NCBI GenBank assembly: GCA_963837665.1
Contig: CAWIOA010000009.1
Span: forward strand, 285,661-349,660
DNA length: 64,000 nucleotides
From: an uncultured Acidobacteriaceae bacterium
Lineage (GTDB): Bacteria; Acidobacteriota; Terriglobia; Terriglobales; Acidobacteriaceae
Reading direction: 5' to 3'
Below the pieces are notes generated by a model. The model was not told where the DNA came from and did not search any database. It worked only from the letters and a program-made list of their open reading frames with translations. The position numbers were made by a program, and so were the translations under genes. Of the stretch, positions 17,717 through 25,474 are shown piece by piece. How positions within the stretch are numbered: the first letter of the stretch is position 1; each line of letters opens with the position of its first letter.

Positions 17717-20563
17717 CTATCGTCCGAGGCTTGCCATCTGCTGCGCAATTTTCTGCTGAGGTCTCGCCAAGTATCCGTTCCCGCTGATCTGAGACGGGTT
17801 CGGAATCTGCTTCCACACATTGAGGCTGTTTTCGTAGGCGGTTTGGGCTTGGGCCGTCAACCCGGACTTTTTCGCAGCGTCCTTTGTTTGTCGTGCCGAC
17901 AACGCAGCTACATCGCCCAGTCCCGCATAAGCATCGGCGGCGGCGTAGAGAGCAGGAATGTCCATGTGTTCGAGTGAAAACGAGAGCTTGGCTGTCTCAA
18001 TCGCCTTCTTGTATTGCTCGGACGCTTCGGCCAATTTCCCCATCGCGACTAGCGTGTTGCCAATCTTGGTTTCGACCATGGCCAGGTCGCAACGCGCATC
18101 GTCGTATTTTCCCAGGTCGGCAGTCAGCGCGGTGGCGCCATCCTGAAAATGCTTCAAAGCGTCGGGTAGATTATGCAGGCGCGATTGCGCTTCACCAATC
18201 CAGGATTCCATCATGCCGGTTCCTGGTCCGCTGTCGGCCTCCAAGTGAAGATCGCGGAAGCACTGCAGCGAATGTAGCACCAGGCGAAGACCGTCCTTGG
18301 AGCTTCCCCTTACCACATAGGCCCTGCCTTCCTCGAAATCGAAACCGCACACGTCGGATTGCAACATCGTGTTCTCCGGATCCAGCTTGGCAAGCCGTGC
18401 GGTTCTCTCACGCGCTCGCGTAAAATCCACGAGCGCCGCGCCCACATCCCCTTGCATCAGTTTGATTTGACCACGACGCACCTCGGACGCTGCCGTGTCA
18501 CGAATTAAGTCTGGAGTACCGATCTCCTTTACCAGACTCTCGTGCTGCGCGATACCTTGATCCATAAGCTGCACGCCTTCGTCGCGATTGCCGAAGCGGC
18601 CAATCTGAAAAGCTAACTCCACCGTGCCATGAGCTACGCCGCGGCGAATTCCCTTGAAGTCAGGATTGGTCCGGAGAATGTCCTTTCTCAGGGCAAGGCT
18701 TTCCCGGTGTGTAGCGATGGCCTTTAGCCGATCGCCGTTGGCATCCTCGATTGCAGCAAGGAGCTGGAGTTCCAGTGCTCGTTCATTTCGTACCTCCGGC
18801 TTGCTGCCGTCCGTCCGCAGCAGCGGTTCGGTGACCGCCAGGGCTTGAGCTATCTCGGGCGGACCGGGTCGTTCGTAGACATCAGTGAAAGCCCTCCTGC
18901 GATATGCCGCCGCCAGGTTTAGCTGATCCGTCACGTTCCGTGGACTCGCCTTCGCGACAGCCTCGAAGAGCGCAATGGACTTACCAACGCTAACCGCGGC
19001 GTTGTTGATCTGGCCAAGATTCGACTGCGAAGTGTCTCCCTGTACCGCCGACAGCCGCTGATATCCAAAGGCGAGCTCGCGTTGCAGATCTACGTCGCCC
19101 CCGGCATCTTGCGAGAGCTTGTCGAGATATTCCACGGCACGATCCAGCAAGAGTTTGCGCGAGGGAGTCGCTCCGGGAAGATCTTGAATGGAATCGTGGA
19201 TTTCGAAAATCAGCGAGTTGGCAAGCTTCCGAACGTCGTCGAAGCGCTTCTCGGCGCGAATTCGTTCGGCATTCGCAATCCTGGCCTGACGAATGGTCGC
19301 GGCAACCCCGGCCACAATACTAAGTGCCACCAGAGCGGCTGCGGCCATCGCGGTGCGATTCCGCCGGACATATTTGCCGGCCCGATACCTCCATGATCCC
19401 TTCGTGGCGGTAACCGGCAAACCGTCGAGGTGGCGACGGATGTCCGCGGAGAACTGTTCCACGGACGGGTAGCGGCGCTCCGGCTCCTTGCGCAGCGCCA
19501 TTAACACGATATTGTCGAGATCCCCAGCCAAGCGGCGCTGCAGTCTGCTGGCCGACCGCTCGCCGAAGCGGCTCACCAAATCCGGCTGCGCGATCAAGGC
19601 TGCATCACTGCCACCGTGTAGCGCCCGCCCGAGCAGAATCTCGCTCGGGCGCACAGGCTCGGTTTCGCACACCGCCTGCGCCAGTTTGTGCGGACTGCTC
19701 GTATCTCCGGGATATGGCGAGCATCCCGTCAGCAGCCCGTAGAGCACAACGCCCAAGGAGTAAACATCGGTTGCGGTCGTGATCGGCTCGCCTCGGATTT
19801 GTTCCGGGCTCGCAAACTCGGGAGTCATGGCCTGGGTTAATGTAGCCTCCGAGCTGCCCGGCGCATCCAGCAACTTTGCCACTCCGAAGTCGAGCAACTT
19901 CGGCACACCGTCATTCGTCACCAGCACATTGCTCGGCTTGATGTCCCGGTGAATCACGAGCCGCTGGTGCGCATACTGCACCGCCAGGCAGACCTGCCGG
20001 AACAGTTGCAGACGCTCTGTGATCGCCAGCTCGCGCTCGTCACAGTACTGATCGATGGGTTTGCCTTCGATCAGTTCCATCACCAGATAAGGAATGCCGT
20101 CGTCGTTGGTGCCCCCGTCGAGGAGCCGGGCGATGTTTGGGTGTTCGAGTGAGGCGAGTATCTGCCGCTCGCTGCGGAAGCGTTCAATTACAGAGGCGGT
20201 ATGGAGGCCGCCACGGATCAGTTTGACGGCAACTTCTTTCGTGTACTGGCCATCCGCACGGACGGACCTGTAAACTTCGCCCATGCCGCCGTGGCCGATC
20301 TCCGCGATGATCTGATAGACGCCGACACGCCGGCCTTCGAGTAAAGGTTGGGGCGCTGGCACTGTTGCCTTCAGATCAACCGCAGGATTCTTCAGAAAAT
20401 TTGTGCCCGCCTGCTCATGGGAAGCAAGAAGCGATTCCACTTCGCGTCGCAGTTCCGTATCGCCAGCGCAAGCGCGATCGAGGAAGGCCAACCGACCGGA
20501 AGACTCAACTGCAAGAGCCTCATCCAGCACTTGCTTTACCCGCTGCCAGCGCTCCGAGTTCAT
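17717..20563 (-). CDS. Ser/Thr protein kinase with one TM segment and a C-terminal TPR-like repeat region
   Basis: Start at ATG 20563 (MNSERWQRVKQVLDEAL). Kinase motifs GHGGMGEVY, VAVKL, HRDIKPSNVLV, DFGVAK, SPEQ. TM AMAAAALVALSIVAGVAATI, then about 500 aa of helical repeats. Confidence 0.9.
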   Translation of the reverse strand: MNSERWQRVKQVLDEALAVESSGRLAFLDRACAGDTELRREVESLLASHEQAGTNFLKNPAVDLKATVPAPQPLLEGRRVGVYQIIAEIGHGGMGEVYRSVRADGQYTKEVAVKLIRGGLHTASVIERFRSERQILASLEHPNIARLLDGGTNDDGIPYLVMELIEGKPIDQYCDERELAITERLQLFRQVCLAVQYAHQRLVIHRDIKPSNVLVTNDGVPKLLDFGVAKLLDAPGSSEATLTQAMTPEFASPEQIRGEPITTATDVYSLGVVLYGLLTGCSPYPGDTSSPHKLAQAVCETEPVRPSEILLGRALHGGSDAALIAQPDLVSRFGERSASRLQRRLAGDLDNIVLMALRKEPERRYPSVEQFSADIRRHLDGLPVTATKGSWRYRAGKYVRRNRTAMAAAALVALSIVAGVAATIRQARIANAERIRAEKRFDDVRKLANSLIFEIHDSIQDLPGATPSRKLLLDRAVEYLDKLSQDAGGDVDLQRELAFGYQRLSAVQGDTSQSNLGQINNAAVSVGKSIALFEAVAKASPRNVTDQLNLAAAYRRRAFTDVYERPGPPEIAQALAVTEPLLRTDGSKPEVRNERALELQLLAAIEDANGDRLKAIATHRESLALRKDILRTNPDFKGIRRGVAHGTVELAFQIGRFGNRDEGVQLMDQGIAQHESLVKEIGTPDLIRDTAASEVRRGQIKLMQGDVGAALVDFTRARERTARLAKLDPENTMLQSDVCGFDFEEGRAYVVRGSSKDGLRLVLHSLQCFRDLHLEADSGPGTGMMESWIGEAQSRLHNLPDALKHFQDGATALTADLGKYDDARCDLAMVETKIGNTLVAMGKLAEASEQYKKAIETAKLSFSLEHMDIPALYAAADAYAGLGDVAALSARQTKDAAKKSGLTAQAQTAYENSLNVWKQIPNPSQISGNGYLARPQQKIAQQMASLGR

Positions 20564-21138
20564 GCCGGAGCCTCGCCCGTCATCGCGCGAAACAGCCATG
20601 CGCGAGCTGTCACCCATTCTCGTTTAACGGTCGCTGGCGAAATTCCCAAGACTTCCGACGTATCTTCAATCGTCAGCCCCGCGAAGTATCGCAATTCGAT
20701 GATGCGGCCTTGCTGCGCATCGAGCTTCGTCAGGTCTTCGAGGGCCTTGTCAAGAACGATGAGGTCGACGTCGGTGGGCTGTGCTCCTGCTAGCGACTCG
20801 TCCAGAGCCAAACGGGTCGCTCCACCACCGCGCTTGGCTGCTGCGCGGCCGCGCGCATGCTCAACGAGGATTTGCCGCATAAGATGAGCTGCAATTCCGA
20901 AAAAGTGGGCGCGATTCTGCCACTGCGGCGGACTTTGCCCGGCCAACCGAAGATAGGCTTCGTGGACCAAAGCGGTGCTTTGTAGCGTGTGGTCACTGCG
21001 TTCTTGCCGCAGGTAGTGGTGAGCAAGCTGGCGCAGTTCCTGATAGACGAGGGGCATTAAGGCGTCAAGAGCGCGCTCATCTCCCGAGCGCCAACGTACA
21101 AGGAGTTCGGTCACCTGATTGGAGGATTGGCTAGGCAA
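20560..21138 (-). CDS. ECF-type RNA polymerase sigma-70 factor (TIGR02999-like subfamily)
   Basis: VTELLVRWRSGDERALDALMPLVYQELRQLAHHYLRQER...LQSTALVHEAYLRL (region 2) and RIIELRYFAGLTIEDTSEVLGISPATVKREW (region 4). Its stop overlaps the kinase ATG (ATGA). Confidence 0.9.
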   Translation of the reverse strand: MPSQSSNQVTELLVRWRSGDERALDALMPLVYQELRQLAHHYLRQERSDHTLQSTALVHEAYLRLAGQSPPQWQNRAHFFGIAAHLMRQILVEHARGRAAAKRGGGATRLALDESLAGAQPTDVDLIVLDKALEDLTKLDAQQGRIIELRYFAGLTIEDTSEVLGISPATVKREWVTARAWLFRAMTGEAPA

Positions 21139-21562
21139 GGTGCGGTTCAGCCCTGGCAGCGCCGCGGGGAGTGTCGCTGTTGGAAGGGAAGCTTAGCCCG
21201 TCTGGGGGCATGTGTCAAGACGCTGAAAATACATGATTTAGTCTTCAACCGACTGCGCCGAGAGCGGGTGATCGATCTTTTCTGAGCCAGTTTTCTGGAT
21301 TTTCGCGCATGTGTAGATAGTTAGTAAGGTAGCTCGAAGGCTGGTCCGTCCGAGGGGGTTCGGAACGAGAGGAAGATCATGCTCGGACTTCTGGCCTTCG
21401 GACGTCAGCAGCAATTCCGATCGAATGCGGGTGGCCTCGGGGAAGGAACACCCGCCTTCGAGAGGTGACAGATCTCTGTCGCGGAAACGCTCAAAGAGCA
21501 GTAAATTCGCGGTCCGTGAAAGGCCGCGCCGAGAAGCCACTTTCAGCCCAGGAGCAGCAACC

Positions 21563-23182
21563 ATGACCAGGCTCAAAACAAATCGCAGTTTCAATATTGT
21601 GCGGACCATGATCGTTCTGGCAGTCATCGCTTGTGCCGCACTCGTTCACGCGCAAGTTTATACCCAACTGTATAACTTCGATTGCGTGAAGGTCGGGTGC
21701 AATCCGGATCAACCCGGGCTACTTGCCCAGGGCCAGGACGGCGGTCTTTATAGCACGATGCCGATCCAGATTTCCGGCGATGGTACAGTGATCGGCTGCT
21801 CGCCGGCTGGCCTGTGCGACACGATATTCCAATTCACAGACGTGAACTCCAGTCCACAATCAGGACTCAGTCTCGGTTTCGATGGCAACTTTTATGGAAC
21901 GGCCGAAACTGGCGGGGCTGGACGCACTGGCACCGTTTTCAAGGTTTCAGGTGGCGCCATGACAGTGCTTCATACCTTCACGGACGGCACCGATGGTGCA
22001 TATCCTTGGGCTCCTCCCGTTCAGGCCCCGGACGGAAACATTTATGGCGTCACATACAATGGTTCGAACCCAGGGAAAGCGTACAAGATTACGCCGTCCG
22101 GCGTTTTCTCCGTGCTCGCAACCCTGCCTTCCGGAACGCAGGCCCCCTTAATTGTCGGCATCGATGGGAAGCTCTACGGGACAACCCCGTATGGCGGCGA
22201 TTTCAATCGCGGCACCATGTTCCAAATGACCACGAAGGGCATAGTAAAGATCATTCACAGTTTCGGTGCCGATGGCCTTGTGCCTATCGGCCCGGTCATG
22301 CAGGCCGTTGACGGCAAGTTCTACGGCACGACGTCCGGGGGAGGGTCCTTCAGTCAGGGCATCGTCTATCAGGTGACCACGGGAGGCGCCTACAAAGTTC
22401 TGCACAACTTTCAGACCGCGACCGAGGGCACCGGTTCGACCACGGGCCTGGTGCAAGGAAGCGACAAGTTTCTCTATGGCGTGATCGCAGGCGGGGGCGT
22501 TAGCGGTCTCGGATCACTGTACAAGGTCAACACGACCGGGACTACTTTTGCAGTACTTCACAGCTTTGATAGGCTGACTGGGGGCACGCCGTTCTCTACT
22601 CCCACTCTTCACACGAACGGAACGATCTATGGCGTTACGCACACTGGCGGCTCACAGAATTCCACTTATGGCGCGCTTTACAGTTTCGATGCCGGGCTAA
22701 AGCCGTTTGCCTCCCTGGTCGTGATTTGGTCCGGCAAAGTGGGCACGCCGGTGGGCATCCTCGGCCAAGGCTTCTCGAGTGCAACGGGTGTGAAATTCGG
22801 ATCAGGGGCGGGTACCTTCACCGTCGTGAGCGATACCTACATGATCGCAACCGTGGCCGCCGGAGCAACCACCGGTAACGTGACTGTGCTTGAACCGAGC
22901 GGCAACCTGGTTACGCCACAGGTTTTCAAAGTCATTCCCCAGGCGCTGACATTCGCCCCGCCGAGCGGGCCGGTAGGAACGCCGGTTGTGATCACGGGCA
23001 TGAGTCTCACGCAAACAACCAGCGTGACCTTCGGCGGAGTCAAAGCCACCATCTTCACTGTGAACTCCGATACCCAGGTAACTGCGACGGTCCCGACTGG
23101 TGCCAAGACCGGCAAAGCAAAAGTAGTGGTCACGACGAAAGGCGGCAGTGCCACCGCTCCGGGAACTTTCACCGTGAACTGA
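21563..23182 (+). CDS. Secreted repeat protein: GloVer-type repeats plus two C-terminal IPT/TIG-like domains
   Basis: Start at ATG 21563 (MTRLKTNRSF..., signal peptide, AGGAGC RBS). Repeats DGNFYGT/DGKLYGTT..GG....G..F. C-terminal GT.V.I.G.GF...T.V.FGG..AT.FTV.SDT...ATVP.GA.TG. Confidence 0.8.
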   Translation: MTRLKTNRSFNIVRTMIVLAVIACAALVHAQVYTQLYNFDCVKVGCNPDQPGLLAQGQDGGLYSTMPIQISGDGTVIGCSPAGLCDTIFQFTDVNSSPQSGLSLGFDGNFYGTAETGGAGRTGTVFKVSGGAMTVLHTFTDGTDGAYPWAPPVQAPDGNIYGVTYNGSNPGKAYKITPSGVFSVLATLPSGTQAPLIVGIDGKLYGTTPYGGDFNRGTMFQMTTKGIVKIIHSFGADGLVPIGPVMQAVDGKFYGTTSGGGSFSQGIVYQVTTGGAYKVLHNFQTATEGTGSTTGLVQGSDKFLYGVIAGGGVSGLGSLYKVNTTGTTFAVLHSFDRLTGGTPFSTPTLHTNGTIYGVTHTGGSQNSTYGALYSFDAGLKPFASLVVIWSGKVGTPVGILGQGFSSATGVKFGSGAGTFTVVSDTYMIATVAAGATTGNVTVLEPSGNLVTPQVFKVIPQALTFAPPSGPVGTPVVITGMSLTQTTSVTFGGVKATIFTVNSDTQVTATVPTGAKTGKAKVVVTTKGGSATAPGTFTVN

Positions 23183-23444
23183 TCCAGGTATGCTCCGACA
23201 TGAGGGGACCGTGCCTGAAATAGATCGACACCAGTACCGAATCGAATGCTCAAACCGGACGATGGTCAAGCAGTAAACTATGCGGTTGTGGTCGCAAAAT
23301 CATTTCACGCTAATACCCCGGTCGCTTGATTCTAGGAATGCCGGGCGATCCACACAGCGGGAGTAAGGTCTGGAAGGCACCTGATCGGGAGATCGGCAAG
23401 CCCGGGGAGAATCGTTGGGGGCCCGGGCTGCAGTTGCCGAAGCC

Positions 23445-23470
23445 GGTTTCGAGTCCTACCGGCGCCACCA
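23445..23470 (+). other. Orphan tRNA 3'-end fragment (T-loop plus acceptor plus CCA), near-copy of the 3' end of the tRNA at 11300
   Basis: ggtttcgagtcctaccggcgccacca versus tRNA 11352-11376 ggttcgagtcctaccgccgccacca (one indel, one mismatch). No D or anticodon arm lies upstream, so it is not a functional tRNA. Confidence 0.6.
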
Positions 23471-23669
23471 GTACTTTCAGGAATTTGCAGGGCATCCTGT
23501 GGAACCGCCGTCGCCGAAACTTGCGCGGGCCGACCTTCAGCTCTGGTGCACCGTTGAATCCGATAAGAATCGTTCAGCCTTATCTGCGGTGCCAGCGAAC
23601 ACAGTTCCTCGTGGAGCACGATGGAGATCCCACGGGGCGTCCTGAATCTCCGCGCCACCGAAATAGTCC

Positions 23670-23698
23670 TTGACAAAGAGCAGGCGCAATTCTATAAG
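23670..23698 (+). promoter_or_regulatory. Sigma-70-type promoter of the GntR-family regulator gene
   Basis: TTGACA (23670-23675), a 17-nt spacer, then TATAAG (23693-23698). The operator palindrome begins 5 nt downstream. Confidence 0.6.
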
Positions 23699-23702
23699 AG
23701 CT

Positions 23703-23718
23703 AGTTGTCTAGACAACT
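23703..23718. promoter_or_regulatory. Perfect 16-bp palindrome AGTTGTCTAGACAACT, putative GntR/HutC operator
   Basis: Perfect inverted repeat with the GTnTAnAC core typical of HutC-subfamily operators. It overlaps the predicted transcription start of the regulator gene. A near-identical site lies at 33455-33470. Confidence 0.65.
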
Positions 23719-23728
23719 GGAGGATAGG

Positions 23729-24493
23729 TTGAACCTCCCCGTGCTCGACCGCCGCAGCGCCGTCCCGATTTACTATCAGATTCAGCAGCACCTGCTCGGG
23801 CAGATTCGTTCCGGCAAACTCAAGGCTGGAGCACCCGTCCCATCGGAGCAGGAGATCTCTTCTCGTTTGCGGATCAGTCGCATGACGGCGCGTCAGGCCC
23901 TGAAGTCCTTGTGCGATCTGGGAGTGACTTATAGCCAGAGAGGCAAGGGCACTTTTGTTTCCGGAATCAAACTGGAAAAGAACTTTCGGCAGGTGCTCTC
24001 CTTCAGCCAGGAAACGCAGGCGGGAGGCTCCCGGCCGGCGTCCAAGGTGCTTTCCTTTGAAGTCACCACCGCAGACGATGACGTCACGGAGGCACTCCGC
24101 CTTTCACCCGGGGAGCAAGTGATCAGCTTGCGCCGAGTGCGGATGGCCGGCTCTTCAGCCATGGGAATTGAGTGGAGCCGTATTCCCCAGAAGCTGTGTC
24201 CCGACCTGCTGCAGACGTTCAAACCTGCCGCATCTCTCTACCAGACTCTAATGGAGCACTACGGGATCGAGATTGCGGTAGCTGACGAGGTCGTAGAGGT
24301 GGGCCTGGCAGGGCCTGACGAATTGCGGTTGCTGAAGATCAACAAAGGGAACCCAATCTTTCTTTTTACGCGTACTTCGTACGTTCAGACCGGCCAGCCG
24401 GTCGAATATGTCAAGTCGATTTATCGAGGCGACCGTTACCGGCTGGTGAGCCGTTTGACACCACCGAAACGAAGCATCACAAGGGAAGACTGA
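23729..24493 (+). CDS. GntR-family transcriptional regulator, HutC subfamily (wHTH plus UTRA effector domain)
   Basis: PIYYQIQQHLLGQIRSGKLKAGAPVPSEQEISSRLRISRMTARQALKSLCDLGVTYSQRGKGTFV wHTH, and a UTRA-like C-terminal half. Start set at in-frame TTG 23729 after GGAGGA. The ORF track starts at 23705, inside the operator. Confidence 0.88.
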   Translation: MNLPVLDRRSAVPIYYQIQQHLLGQIRSGKLKAGAPVPSEQEISSRLRISRMTARQALKSLCDLGVTYSQRGKGTFVSGIKLEKNFRQVLSFSQETQAGGSRPASKVLSFEVTTADDDVTEALRLSPGEQVISLRRVRMAGSSAMGIEWSRIPQKLCPDLLQTFKPAASLYQTLMEHYGIEIAVADEVVEVGLAGPDELRLLKINKGNPIFLFTRTSYVQTGQPVEYVKSIYRGDRYRLVSRLTPPKRSITRED

Positions 24494-24535
24494 TACGCAA
24501 GAAAGCTGTTCGTACTAATCACCCGAGGTCATGAG

Positions 24536-25474
24536 ATGAGGAGAGAAGTTATGCCGCGAAATATATTCATGCTGATTGCCGTTGTGATAGCTGGCTTGGC
24601 GTTGAGCCTTTCGGCTTGGGGCCAGGCAACCACTTCGTTGCAGGGTACGGTCACAGATCCTACCGGCGCTGCGATTTCGGACGCCAAGGTGACCCTGACC
24701 AACGCCGCCACCAACATGGTCCGTGAGGCAACCACCTCGGGCAAAGGGGCGTATGAATTTATCTCGGTGCTGCCGGGGACGTACAAGTTGATGGTGGAGG
24801 CCAAGGGCTTCCGCACCTATGTGGAAACCGGAGTGCAGTTGTTCGTAAACCTGCCCGCAACCGCGAACGCCCGGTTGCAGGTCGGCGCCGTGGCGGAGAC
24901 GTTGGAGGTCACCGGCAAGGCCCCGTCGCTCAACACGACCGAACCCAGCCTCGGGCACACCATGGACTCGAACGAGATCGAGAACCTGCCGCTGCAAGCG
25001 GAGAACATGCCCCTGCTGCTCAGCCTGCAGCCCGGCGTCGTCTACAACGGCGAAGGCATCCTGGAAGACAGTTATGACACGCGCGCCGGATCGGTGAACG
25101 GCGAGCGCAGCGACCAGAACAATATCACGCTGGACGGCGTGAGCATCAACGACGAATTCAACGGCTACGCCTTCACGGGGGTTTTGCCATCCACGCCATA
25201 TTCGGTGGAAGAATTTCGGGTAACCACTTCCAACTATGACGCGACCCAGGGCCGCTCCGCCGGCGCTCAGATCGCCATGGTCACGAAGGGCGGTACTAAC
25301 GCGTTTCACGGTTCGCTGTACGAGTTCAACCGGAACACAGTCGGAGAGGCCAACGACTACTTCCTGAAACAGTCCCAATTGGCTGCTGGCCTGTCGAACG
25401 TGCCGGAACACCTGGTGAGGAATATCTACGGCGGGACCATCGGCGGGCCGATTCTGAAGGACCGCCTGTTCTTT
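24536..25474 (+). CDS. TonB-dependent receptor (carboxypeptidase-regulatory-like N-domain), exon 1, interrupted by group II intron
   Basis: Signal peptide, then GTVTDPTGAAISDAKVTLTN...GAYEFISVLPGTYKL (CarboxypepD_reg) and plug-domain motifs. The reading frame leaves conserved sequence exactly at 25474 (..GGPILKDRLFF), where the intron GTGTG begins. Confidence 0.85.

Noticed and set aside
21350-21470. GGAAC-containing sequences as ECF sigma-dependent promoters in the sigma/GloVer divergent region
   Set aside because: Two GGAAC pentamers occur, but I could not pair them with a convincing -10 at fixed spacing. A pentamer match alone is not evidence.
21238-21627. 129-aa minus-strand ORF upstream of and overlapping the second GloVer gene start
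   Set aside because: It overlaps the signal-peptide-encoding start of a well-supported plus-strand gene in antisense. It has no recognisable features.
23290-23470. Complete tRNA or tmRNA ending in ...tcgagtcctaccggcgccacca
   Set aside because: Only the T-loop and acceptor 3' strand are present. I found no complementary 5' acceptor strand, D-arm, anticodon arm or tmRNA tag-ORF/pseudoknot region upstream. It is treated as a tRNA 3' fragment.
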